Assembly (NCBI GenBank): GCA_038496445.1
Contig: JALMLS010000334.1
Coordinates: forward strand, 1-64,000
Direction: 5' to 3'
From: Trichosphaerium sp. ATCC 40318
Taxonomy: Eukaryota; Protista; Tubulinea
Length of the DNA: 64,000 nucleotides
Positions within the stretch are counted from its first letter, which is position 1. The number at the start of each line of letters is the position of its first letter. The notes beneath the pieces were generated by a model. The model worked only from the letters and a program-made list of their open reading frames with translations. It made no database searches and was not told where the DNA came from. The position numbers were made by a program, and so were the translations under genes. This document shows positions 23,548 through 36,519 of this stretch, piece after piece.

Positions 23548-25363
23548 ATGACAACTTGTCCTAATATCGTAGTTAAAGAAACTACTGACTATGCAACAGT
23601 TAGAAGCATACAGGGTGCTTCATACTTTGAAAGTCAGCCTCTATCGTCCTTACAAAAGCCTGAATCTGTTAAATCTGCAGCAGAAGCTTCAAAGGGTTAG
23701 TGTAGCGGGTTTTTTTCCCTATTAACAGTCAATTTAATAGACTATACTGTACTGTGTTTGTATGAGGATGATGTTGGTAAAGCGACAATTTCTGTTATGC
23801 CTATGAAACATAACTTTAGAGGTAGTGAGCTCTTTGTAATCTAACACAATACTCTAACATGTATATCACACTCCACAATATCTTGTAACTTGTCTTGTGG
23901 CTAACACCCTACAACAGGAAATATAGTAACAACTGGTGGCATTGGAGCAGTTGCATGTTTACCACTATCTCGACGACAAGGTAGGACATAGTAACTACTA
24001 ACAACTGTGGTTTTTACTAAAAAACGAAGGTTTCTTTAAGAAAACTATGATAGCTGCTCTGAAACGAATGAAAGATGATGGATACCGTTTTTCTACTTTA
24101 TATCCATTCAAGGAGAGTGTATACAGTAAGTTTGGATACGCACAAATGTACCAAGATAAGCGCTATTGTTTCAATCCAGCAAATATTTTCAAAGGTCTAA
24201 AGACTAAACCAAATGTACCTTACACAATCCTTTAACTATACCTTTCATTTACAAAGCTTAGGTGACTCTCGAGCGTCTTGAAATTGGAGAGCACTTTGAT
24301 ACTTATACAGATTTCCTTTCTGTCATGCAAAAGAAACACCACGGGTACATCTCTACTTTTTACAATAGCTTCATTGACAGACATGTTCAAGGTTTACAAT
24401 TTGGCCTACTTCTAGAATGGTATACTTACGCAATGCAAGTAAGTTTTTTCTAGCAGTTGCACGTGATATCTCCTCTAAGAAAGGTATGTTAAACATATTA
24501 AAAATGTTTTTCGGATTCTCAGAAAGAAATTGTTCCTGTGATCACTTTTGCTTATTCTTCTTAAAGTTGTTGGCATGATGTTGTATAAGACATCCAGTGC
24601 CTATGAGGGCGAAATGCATGTATATGATTTCTTGTATACGAACTATAAAGGACTGTATGGTTTGCTGTACTTTATCGGATTATACAGCGATCAGTTGCCA
24701 AAAGTAAAGTATGTGTTTGTGTTATTATCATTTTTACCTAACTTTTACAACTAAGTTTGCCAATGAAACCTTGGGAGCGCCCAGAGGTACCTAATATATT
24801 ATTGAGAAGAAGCTTTAATTTACCAACCATCATAGTCTTGGCTACCAGACTTGAACATCAATGTAACAACAGATGAAAAGCACAGTCAGACAGCAATGGG
24901 ACGTATTGTTGATGTGGAAAGCCTCTCAGGTATGTAGTATTTAAAAAGCTTACTAACTGATTGAAAAGGCTTAAAAGTAGGTGTTAATGACACGACTGTT
25001 ACTATTGAGGTGATGGATGAATACGCAGAATGGAATAATGGCATTTTTGAGTTCTCATCCCCAGAAGGTACACTGTATGTACAGCACGTGGGCTAACTTC
25101 AAAAATGAACAGGTATTTTGAAAGTGTCAAGAAGCGATAAAGCGCAAGCTTCAGGTGCTAAGATGTCTATCAAGTGCGTTACCAGAGTATTTGCTATTGT
25201 TTATTGATATATTTACAGTGCATTGACCGGCGTTTTTTATGGTACGCTTGATACTGCGCAAATAGAATTACTTAACTGGGGGAAATGTGATAGCATTACT
25301 GCAAAAGCATTGTGTCAAATACTTCCAAAGGTTGCCTGTCCTTGGATATCTTCACATTTTTAG
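23548..25363 (+). CDS. Eis-like (enhanced intracellular survival) double-GNAT plus SCP2 acetyltransferase
   Basis: GGIGAVACLPLSRRQG, STLYPFKESVYSKFGY, MGRIVDVE, DEYAEWNNGIF, INALTGVFYG, C-terminal F; 11 introns. Confidence 0.88.
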
Positions 25364-25644
25364 AGTTTGAAAAAAGTGTAAGCAAATATCCTTGTCTTTT
25401 TGTTAACAGTCAATTCGATATCGATTTATAATCCGACAGTGTAACGTACAAAGCCTTGCCATATGTACTTAAACTTGTACCGTAATATCTGTCAATAAAC
25501 AGTCTTTACATATCACATACCTTCACCTGTATTCCAGTAAACAGATAAGTAATCTTGTGCTTGGAAGCTACTAAAGATTTACGAAAGAACACTGACTAAG
25601 TCTGAAAGTTAAGTTGTTTATAGAATTTACAACCTATTAGGAAT

Positions 25645-26338
25645 ATGGGGTCACAGCTAACTACAGAACAACTTGAAATCGCGAAAAAGGTAACTGTCTA
25701 CGCAAAAAGATAAGAGCTAACGTTTTTAGCAATTCAACGCGATTGATACGGACCACTCTGGTGAGATCTCCCTAAGGGAGCTAAAGGTACTTCTAGCCAC
25801 GTGATTTTCGATAAATAAATTTATTATACGTAGGCGGTCCTAAAACTACCTACAAGAGCCATCAAGAAGCTTATCATATCAGTAGATGATGATAATAACA
25901 GAAAGCAAGAATTCTTATTTAGCGCAGTTCCTATATTAATAAGCATTGTTGGTAGACTAGGGTTTGAAGAGTTTCTACGCTTGTTTGAGAAGAGATATAG
26001 GGTTTTATTTGATGATATGGACGATGATGGATCTGGGCACATAGACGAGAAAGAATTTACAGCACGTGATATTATCGTTTTTGAACCATTGTTATTCGTC
26101 TTTTTTTTGTTATCCTTTTTAACGCTTTTTCAAGGGTTTCATTGAAAGTCTTGGTTTTAATAATAAGGCTGCTATTTCTCATTCTTTTTCTCTTATGGAC
26201 AAGGACAATGATGGCGAAATATGGTATATTTATGCACCCTTCGGTTTTTTGTATTTTTTTTCAAGTAGTTGTCTGCTCACTCCATTGTGTAGCTTTTTGG
26301 AGTTTGCCTTTGGTATTCTGCAGCTAGGTATCCTATAA
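25645..26338 (+). CDS. Four-EF-hand calcium-binding protein with a possible N-myristoylation start (MGSQLT)
   Basis: Loops DTDHSGEISLRE, DDDNNRKLGFEE, DDDGSGHIDEKE and DKDNDGEICFLE; two of five introns are GC-AG. Confidence 0.85.
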
Positions 26339-26669
26339 AAGCTAGACATAACGAACTGTAAAGGGTTCCTAGCTTGTATATATTGAGATCCGAACGCTTA
26401 ATACATAGTTTGTACAAATGGAAAATGGATTTGTTTACTGGATTAGTATGAAGTTGTATCACCGACTTTCAGTGTATAGTTCGAACTGTACCAACTCTCA
26501 CCCAGTGTAATCCTAGGGATACCTGAAATTACATTGTTAAGTTGCGCTGCTAGTCGTAGTTTTGTCAACAATATCAGAATCAAATCGAGTCAAAAATAAT
26601 TTTATGTTAAGTCAGTTCCAGGATTTATGATCGCTATTCAAAAGAGAATCTGAAAATCAAAACACCATC

Positions 26670-27692
26670 ATGTTCTCCATTTTACGTATATGGATTCCTT
26701 GGTTGCTTGATATTATATTGGTACGTGATAGCAAAGATATAGTCGAAATAGAGAAACTAGACGAGATAGATCGCCTAAGCTCGTTGAAACCGCTACCTTG
26801 GTACCTGTCATTCCTTTTTAAACCAAACGCACACTGGAACACTTCAAACGATACATGGACGTTACCAACAACATCTAAAACAAGCGCTCAGTTGCAAGAC
26901 AAGCTAGATTGGTACTGTTTAATAAAAAGCTCAACAATAACGGTTTCAGGCATATAAACTGGCTAAGTAAAGGATACACGCAAGAACAACTAGATGTCAT
27001 AGTAACGGCCATCAAAGAAAAAGATGAAGTTGCTCTTCATCGTGGTGTACAACGCGCTATATGCTCTAATCTTACTGAAAAACCGCTCACTGATGATATT
27101 CTCGATGCAGCTCTCGATATAATAAGCGGTGGGGCGATATTTCAAACGTTCAACTCCAAAAAAGCAAAAAAATCTCTAGAGGCCAAAAAAGTAGTACGTG
27201 ACGGTTCAGGAATGATAAAGTCACGTTTTTTTTGTTATTTTTAGAACTTACCCAATCGAAGGTGTTTCGGTTCGCTGAGCAGAATGTTGATCTTGAACAT
27301 GCATTAGCTTCTGGTGGACAAGTAGTAAAGTTGATAAAATCTACCCTGGAACACCCTGGTAGAAGCTTAAATGAAGCAATCACACAGAGCCCAGAAGTTG
27401 GTAGTACAATAAGACATATAACAAAACATAGTACACTTGGTGGTAGGTTATGGATGCCAGCATCTAAAGGGAGTATTGTGATTATGACATTGGGAAGCGC
27501 ATCAAAGAAAACCGGAGATACTAATTTCACTTTTGGTAAGAACGAATGTAGTTTTTTGTTACTCAATAGCTTGTTGACTTTGTTGTCTTTCTAGGTTCTG
27601 GTACAGCAGTAAGAGCATGTTGTGCTAAGAGTATCATTATAAACCTTGTTACTGATATTCATAAAAGCTTAGGTAGCAAAAAGCTAAACTAA
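26670..27692 (+). CDS. Short (about 285 aa) cytochrome-P450-like protein
   Basis: The C-terminal half reads EAITQSPEVGSTIRHITKHSTLGG..PASKGSIVIMTLGSA..FTFGSGTAVRAC, resembling the K-helix, beta-sheet and FGxGxRxC heme-thiolate region; 3 introns. Confidence 0.5.
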
Positions 27693-27772
27693 CTAGTGTT
27701 GTACAAAAGAAAAAGAAATAAAGTTATTTTGAGTTTACATATTTATTTATTTTTATTTTATTTTTCGTTTTT

Positions 27773-30162
27773 TTAATTGTGGCCAACCATTAGTCTCTTG
27801 CTGTGTCCAAATAAACCAATACCTAACATCTCAGCAACAGTATCAAGATGTTTACCACTTCTATGTTTCATACTTGAAGGAATACGAACATTTTCTAACA
27901 AAAGACAAATAAGTCAAAAAAAACAGTTCAAAAAAAAAACAACATACCAAGCCTCGTGAGGTATACCAACATATCGAAAAAGTCAAGAGCTGAAACTCTT
28001 GTAGAAGTATTATCTTGTCGATATAAAAGCATCAAAGAACGTAAATTACAAAGACAAGTTCCATAACGCTTCAAAAAAGCTATTGATGTCTCAGTTGTAT
28101 CAAAACACAGATTGATATTATCAAGGCTTAGTAGACCAGCTAGTTGACTAAAGTCATGTGATTTAAGTGTATCCTTTGTTACCCAGAAGCACGTGATAGT
28201 TTCCAACCAAGTCAATTTATAGAAGCAGTCATAAATCTTATCTAAGGCCAAAAGAGTAAGAACAACATTACTTACTTTGAAAGCCAAAACAAAAAAATAA
28301 AAAAAAAGGCATTTGTTGCACGCACAAAAGGTACTTTCTTTTTGAATCTCTCGCCGACGGTTATACTCAAAATGAAGACTCGTAAGATTTGTCAATCCAC
28401 GTAATAGTTCAAATGGCTTTGCATCATTAAAACAGCGACCATGGAGCTTCAACTTAATAGCACGAGTATGTCGTTCATTGAACTCACTTTGAGCAAGAGC
28501 ATACCTGCATAAAAGTTAGTTGCCATACAAAAAAAAACACCTTAAAAAAAGCGTGTTGCTGCTCTTTAACAGTGACGTTTTTTGGTATGTAAGTGCAATG
28601 TGATGTTTCTGTTAAGATACGTACTGCTCTAGTGCACTCAAGTTTGTTTTAAAGTTAATCTCCAAAAGTTGCAGCCTTGAGAAATTTTCCAATAAAAGTA
28701 GGAAATCAGCCTTTGTAAGTATTGAACGCCAAGAAACAGATAGGGCAAGCTCTGTTAAATTAGGTAATATAGTACAAAGGTGCTTGAATCCATCTAGACT
28801 ATAAACAGCTTGATTTGGGTCAATTGTAAGCCCAGTGATAGTAGTCAAGCACTGATTAAAAAAAAGTCAAATAACAAAAAATAGCAACAAAAAAGAAACA
28901 AAAGACGCACAGGTGTGTGTCGTAAGAATCCCTTCACGCGCATCTGTATGTGTAGATTTTGAAATACAGTACTACTTAATAAAGGTATAATGTACTTTGC
29001 GACACTTGACGATAATTTAAGCATATTTATGTTTCGTAAACGTGATAGTTTGGTGAAATATTGTTCATATTGTAAGTTTTCTTCTTCGTGAGTGATGTTT
29101 TGCAAATATAAGTTTGTGATTGTGGGACATAAATTGCATAATGATAGTAGCTTATTTGAAGTGAATTTCATCTAAAACAAAGACATTGTAAATCAAAGAA
29201 AAAATGAAAACAAAAAAAAAAAAAAAGAAGTTATGTCATTCAAAGAACGTGCCTGTTTTGTTTCTACTGTGAAGTTTACAGGTGCTGTGAGGTGCTCAAA
29301 AAGCCATACGCCATTTGTTTGTTGATTGTGCTGTTGTACGAGTACCAATCGTGATAATCTAGAGTAGTTCTCTTGAACAAAAGACAAGTCTGATGCTTCC
29401 AAGTTGTCACCAAACAAATATAACTCTTTCAACATTTTAAAGCGTCTAATGACCGGATTTATCTTACAAGGACGCTTCCATAGTACCTAAAAGGGCTTAT
29501 AAGCTTGATTACGACGAGAAAACGTAAAAAAACGCATAAGAGGGACAAATACGTACTAGTTTTTCCACACTGTTTAACACAATTTGCTGCCATGTCTTTG
29601 ACACTATAGTTTATGCCAAACGTTACTTGAAAAGGAGGTGGAACAGCTTATCTAATAATAAATAAAGGACGTGCCTGCAAGTATGGATGACAAGTTTCTA
29701 ATAGCGCAATCAATAGTGTGTTTATATTGGCGATGAAAAACAAAGTCTACAACAATGTTGAAGATGATGGCGAGTAGCTCAGGAGGTAATAGTGAAAAAT
29801 CGTAACCCTATAACGCTTGTGTTACTACTAGTATACGTATCATCGCGTAAACGCACGTTGCCGTTGGTTTTTGCTGCTATACTGTAATTTAGCAAAATGT
29901 TGTCCTTATAAACGATGTGATTGCAGAACGCCTATTTACATGGGTTAGGATTGTGACAGTATAAAACTTGCGCTAATAACATATTTTTCGTTTAAAAAGT
30001 GTCCACACGTACCTCTTCGCGTTCAAGCGCACTCACATACGCGAGACGCTCACGATTCAAAGTACTTAGCTGGCTGACAAACTTTTGCTCCAAATCGCGT
30101 ATTGGTAGCACATTATTGTCTATCTCTGGCCTGCTTTCGGCATTGGCATCCTTGTCACTCAT
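27773..30162 (-). CDS. F-box/leucine-rich repeat protein
   Basis: F-box FSLLPPELLAIIF...LAVSKTWQQIV followed by LRRs (LPNLTELAL, LTNLTSLHF, LCNLRSLML); two GC-AG introns. Confidence 0.8.
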
Positions 30163-30448
30163 GATTTGCTCTTTGACAGTTGCATTACGCCAACGACACG
30201 TAAAGAAGTGTGATAGTGGTGAGGGGGTGATAGGAAGTGTATTTCAAGCTGGCTTGACTTAAGTGTAGAAACTTTGCGCAGCTTTCAGTTAAATTCAGTT
30301 TCTATACGGCTAGCTGGTTATTTGACATCTACACCTTTGGAAACTGCGAACTAGATCTCCAATCACCAAATTGATCAAACAAGTGTGAGTTTCACTCTCT
30401 GGCACTGAATATAGCTTTCGCTAGTAACACAAGCACGCTCATGAGGTC

Positions 30449-33400
30449 ATGAGCAAGAGAGGGGTACGTTTATTAGCTTACAATTTGTAACGATATTACT
30501 TTTTGCTATTTATAAGGCTCGCTCGCTCCGAGCCATATATTTACCTCCAGTAATTGATTTTTTAACGCATAAAAGTTAACTCCACCACCCTCCCCTAAAC
30601 CAAGACAAAATGGCGGCAGATCGAGGTCTATGCGCTCACAGCGCTCATCTACCACGTCTTCAAACTCTAGTCATAAAAATATTGAGCAGAAACCAAAACA
30701 GATCAAGAGGGTACCAAAAACTGAAGGCGGAAAGTTGAGGCAATGGTTTGAGAATTTATCACTTGATCAGCGCAAGATTGTGGTATCACTTGTTGACAGA
30801 GATGTCACTCGCCGCATTATTGGTACTACAATAATTACAGCCCTTACGTGAGTACTCTTACGCAATGTAGCGATGTTCAAGCGACGCCAGCGCGACGGTG
30901 AAGGATATTTTGTACGCGATCGCCCAGAATCAAGCAGAGAGTTAACGCCATCCAGGGCACCAAAATTGAGGTAAGTGTCAAACAACGCAAGCCTCAAAAT
31001 GCCATTAAATAATAATAACTTTTTACTCTAGCAAGAACAGGAGAAATAGAATTTCAAGCCTTAATGAGGACACGTTTGGTAAAAAGATAAAGAAAGCAAA
31101 AGCCGCTTGGCGGAGTAAGACATTCGAGGACAAAGACGATGCAAGAAAAACAAGGTAAGGCCTCAAAAACTTGTTCCACACTCAGCTTCAGTGCTCCAAA
31201 ATACTGTTGTTTTTACCAAATGCGTAGAATTGGAACTACGGCCCAGGATGAGCGGTTTTCTTTTTTTACACTGAAGAAATGTTTTAAGAATGTCAAAGAA
31301 TTAGCTATGAAGCAGTGCACAGAGGCAGATAAAAAGTTGATGGCTTCAGTGAGACTATGTGATACTAAAGAGTATTTGGATACGATGACGCTTAGCGATG
31401 CTTTACTAAGCAATACACAAGCTTTCTTTGCCACAATGGTAGGCCTATAATTGTACTAGCGTTTTCAGTTAATGGTAACTTCTTTGTAGCGCTTTGCATG
31501 TCGTGGTGGGTTTCTAAAGTCTCCAATGGAACCAAAACTTGATTTTAAGCGAGCGCGTAAATGGAAGATCGCTGAACCAAAGTGGTTCGCTGGCATGGGT
31601 TATTTTTCATTGTCTTCATACATAGCACATCATATAGAGCGCGTAAGTAATTTGCAAACCCAAACCATAAAAGCGTATCAATTTCACTGAAAAATCAAAG
31701 TTGCTTGTCGCTAACCTTCACTTGCTAGATGCTCTGGATGCGGTATAACATGACTGTTTGGAATCCTAACTTGAAAAGACGAAGGCCTAACTTTAATGAA
31801 CAGAACACGCTACAGTTAGCATCAAAACACCATCTAGTTGAGTTCTGGAAGAACTCATCAGAGCAGAAGAAGTCCAAGATTACAAAAAAGATAAGCAATA
31901 TGGTCATTGAACTATTAAAGGAGCACCAAAGAGATGCATCTGTTGGATACCGTAGTATGCTAGAGAAAATGCTTGGTCTTATTCCAATATCACAAGCAGC
32001 TGGTATTTGCCGGATTGACCTCGTTCTCACGTTCGGTACGTGCCTTTTAAGGATCGTACAAGCGTAAGCGCTGACTTTAAACAATAGCTACTGGAAAGAG
32101 AAAAACGTACAGTGGTGAAAACAAAGAGAGGATTTTTATTGAATATCTATTTTATTCTCCATTGAAACGGATTGGTAAACAGACTGAGATTATTTTGAAA
32201 CGTATAGGTCGATTGCTACAAAGTGAATATGTAGAAACAAACGCTTGGTACCCTTTTTTTTTCCTTTTTTTTTCTCTTTTTTTTTCTCTTCTTTAAACAA
32301 ATCTCTGAGATTTGATCCTCTAAGTTTATGCTGCTTTCTTTGTGTGGGGTCACTGCACTACCAGGATCAATAATCGTATAGTACCCTCTGTAGTGTAATG
32401 GCAAATCACGCTTGGTTGTAGCCCGAGAAATGGTGGTTCGATTCCATCCCGAGGGATTAACTTTTTTTCCATCAACATTGCTGAAGTATTTCGCGCTTAC
32501 CACTTTTAACAGGGACCTTATCACTGCTCAAGACCGAAAAAAGAAATCAACAAAGCGTAGAGGAAAGAAAAAGGATAATAAGAGAAAGAATAACTCTAAC
32601 CGTAAAGACCGCCGACAACGTGGAAAGAACAACCAGATTTTTTTCAATGAACTTGTAAACGAGATTGTAAACCAAGGTATCAAAGCAGTAGAACAGGAAC
32701 GAAAGGCTGCCGATAGTCCAGGATCCAGACAACACGTTTCAAGCAAATCAAAATCTCTCCCTTCGTTACTTCCGCCTGTAGACCAATCAAAGAAGTTCCA
32801 GCAAGTCCAACCACGTCGCGTTAAGCGCCACGTACAATCTAAATCACTTGGGAAGAACAGTCCAACGAAATACCAGAAAAAACCCGAACAAGGCCCAAAC
32901 AGTGCTAGAAGTTCAAGACCAAGCCATAGCTCACCAGTATCGGCCCGCACACGAAAACCACAAGTTCCACCTCATGCACACAGCCCATCGCCGACTCAAT
33001 CAGCAACACCAACTAATTTTATGTCGAGAAGTCAAGATTCAGTATTACAAAGAAGTAACTCGGCATCATCTTCAATAGGTGATAGCATTTCTCTAAGATC
33101 AAGCGCAAAGGCATTCTACCCTGGCAGATACGCTCAACTTACACCACAAGCTACTGTAGTTGATAGTGTAGATCACCATCACCAAGCTGGTATTTTAGAG
33201 CAACCCTTCGCTATTATACCTCAAAGACAGCAACGTACAATACAACAGCAACAAAGGCCACCACGAAGAACAAGAGCAAAGTCACTTAACTACGATGGAC
33301 CTGGTGTTAATGACCGTTCAAGACGTCAGGCTTTTGTTTATCAAAGACCTGTACAGACTGTTAATTCAACACCTTCTCAAGTGCCTAATTCAGAGAACTT

Positions 33401-36249
33401 ACTACCAAAGAAAGCAATGCCAACTGGTCCAATAAGTACAGTTAGCGAAGTTAGACTAGGAAGTGTTGCTCCTCCACCTCATAATATTCCACCTGATCTT
33501 TCAACTCATACAAGGCGTGTTGGTATTCTACAAAGACAACATGCTCCAAACAGGGAACAAGATTATTTACCAAGGTAAATCATTATCACAAAGAACACGT
33601 GTTGAGTTTGTGCTTACCTTTTTTTTTTTTCACAGTGCTGGTTTGTTACAGACAGCTATTGCTAATAATCATGCTCGACGTCAACACATGCCTCCAATTC
33701 AAGACGAGAGCGCATACTCTCTACCTGATAGCTTGGCTGGAATTATTCAAACTTCCAGAGCGATGGAACTACATATGAGACAAGCTGCTAGACAGCAGAG
33801 TCAAGTACATGGACACTTTTTACCAAGGTACATCATCTGTTCTGGAGTACTTTTTGGCTAATATAATGCTTAAGTGTTGGATGGCTATCAGCTGTACCTG
33901 GTCAACCTTTTTGGGATCCCAGATACGATCCACGTGCTCCTTACCCACGTAATGCAATACCCCCACCTCGTGGTCTGCATTATCCTCTTTGGGTACATTA
34001 GAACACTCTTCAAATAAATACTCAGTGTCTTGTTGTAGGATTTATTCGAACGCCAAATGGGATTCAAGCATCATACTCCTGCAGGACAAATACCTATTGA
34101 GAGGTATGTGACTAAACAAAAGCTTTTCTTTTTTGTCTCTTTTGCTGAAACTATTCAGACCTGGTACTTCTACCCACTCAACTCCGATGGCAGTATCTTC
34201 ACCTATATCATCACCTGTGCATTCCCCTAGACAGTATGTGATTTATTGTGGACTTTTTTAACCTTCTCTTAGATGGCCAACTGCCTTGCTAAGTACAAAT
34301 ACGTCTAGTCAAGTTAATCAGCGTTCTGTATCTCAATCACCACCAAGAGCAAGGTATGCTATCTATTAGAATATTAAACCCTGACTTACTTTGTCCAGAC
34401 ATCGAAATTTACGTGGTTACGAGCGCGGTAGACACGACACTGATCGATCTAGATCTCTGTCTCGATCACCTACTGCAAGAGTAGCTGATGATCCCTTGAC
34501 AAGACGACGCTCATCTTTGGCTTCTGTACGCCTTTTTTATACTGTAGTAGCAACACCTTAACAATACTCTAAAGAGCGAACATACTGCAGATATGGCAGA
34601 CTTTATTATACCTAAGCCACTGCTATTTGAATCTGATGATATGTCCACAGAACTCACTGAAAAGTACAAATCTTATGCCAGTTTAAGAATTCCTTACTGA
34701 CCATCTCTTTTAGATTACACAGCGAGGTTATTATGCTTGAAGAAGAGGTTAATAGAATGATGCGTGATCAAGAAAGATTCAGACGGTCTGCTCTTGATAA
34801 CATTAAGCAGCTTGTTCGGATAGCTTGGTCAAAGTCTAGCCCTAAAATAAAGGTAAGAACGCTGAAAGTATACTTGGCGTACTAAGTTTGTTTAAAGAAA
34901 TTTGGTTCATATGCCAGTGGCACTGCTATACCTACTAGTGACATCGACTTGGTTCTACTCATACAAGGTGGTACACCTACTTTGGAGAAACTAAGTAAGC
35001 TACTAAAGGCACGTGCTGGATAACTCTAACAGATTCTACTTTTCTGTAAACTTTGGTTGTCTGATTGTCCTTTTTAGTGTATGGACTGGGTACAGCCAGA
35101 ATCAGTAAATCATGTTGAACATGCTACTATGCCTGTAGTAAAGTTTCTTACATCAGATAATATTCAAATAGATATCTCTCTTGCTTCAGGATCGGCTTCA
35201 GCAAGACACCGGTATGAAAAAAAATTACAATACATTTTTTTCTTTTCAGATACTTACGTTTTATCAAGTGGTATCGAGTCACGTGTATTTGTTGATCATG
35301 CTGCTATAAAATATCCTTCTTTAGTACCTCTTTTATTCGTTATCAAGTCTGTACGTGCTATTTTTAGATGATTTAAACAAGATGTCTCAAAAACTGACCT
35401 TATTATTCTTAGTTGGTTGTAAAGAACAGGCTACATAATACTTATGAGGGTGGCTTATCTTCATATGCACTCACGATAATGATGGTATCTTTCTTAACAA
35501 TAATTAAAAGACCAGAATCTGTACAGAAAGGCATCATCGGTACGCTTTCTTTCTCAGAAAAAACAGTTCAACAAAGATTACAAAAGTGGGTTTTTTTTGA
35601 ACCATGCCGGATGCTTCGTTTGCTTTTTTGTTGTATTTTATGCCTACAGACACCTGTGGATTTTTCCAAGTTTAAATTGATATTAATGTTTTAATACTAG
35701 GTCCTGGTGATGATCAGAACTTGGGCGTTTTATTACTTAAATTTTTGGATCTTTATGGATCTTTGGATTATGACAAAGTAGCTATTACTCACTTGGGTCA
35801 TACAAAGACTGAAAAGGCATTCACTGCTGCAACAACAATACTAGATCCTTTTGAGAATAGCAATAACCTTGGAAAGAATACATATCGTATAAAAGAGATC
35901 AAAGATGTTTTTCTAAAAGCAAGAAGGTACAAAAAAAAAACAAAAAAAAAACTCTTCAAAGACTTATCCATACAGTTCTCTTCGTTCAAATTCTACTGTA
36001 TTTTTTTCCTACCCCCACCCCACAGAATACCTTACATTCGTTCTCGCTAAGTCAAACGGTGTTTTCATATGAAAGGGTGGGAGGCAAAAAACAGGCAGTC
36101 TTTTTTTTTTCTTTTTGGTGCCTTGGCCGTGCTTCAAAGTGACTTCAGAGTTTTTCACTTGGTACTTTTCTTATACTAATTTCTTGATTTTTAGGGAAGT
36201 CAACACTCTAATTCCTACTCTACTGATACATTTGGAATCACCATTGTAA
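30449..36249 (+). CDS. Non-canonical poly(A) polymerase/terminal nucleotidyltransferase (TRF4/PAPD5 class, MEE44-like N-terminus)
   Basis: FGSYASGTAIPTSDIDLV, MPVVKF, IQIDIS, GGLSSYAL, LGVLLLKFLDLYG, ILDPFENSNNLGK; long low-complexity middle region; about 21 introns. The last exon is uncertain (stop at 36050 or 36249). Confidence 0.88.
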
Positions 36250-36519
36250 ATAACAAGTGTAAATAATTGTAAATAATAAAATGCATAACTTCACCAAACT
36301 AGAAAAGATCTCTCAAGACCTATTTCACGCCATTGAGAAACATCACAGTTCAAAATTATTAGCAAAAATTGGCCACGATAATTCCAACGTTTGTATTCAT
36401 TCTCCTTGTACATTGTCAACATACTGGCATTGTTCACGCAATTGACCATTGTCACGAACATAATTTTATTGGAATGGAATATAAAGATTTTTATACCATC
36501 AACACTAAAGTTAATTTCT

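Noticed and set aside
30610-30738. Strong-context out-of-frame ATG as a regulatory uORF
   Set aside because: The gene most likely starts upstream at 30449 (MSKRG, then an intron), which makes this ATG internal.
32412-33578. 388-aa ORF as an independent gene
   Set aside because: It is the large low-complexity internal exon of the nucleotidyltransferase plus read-through into the upstream intron.
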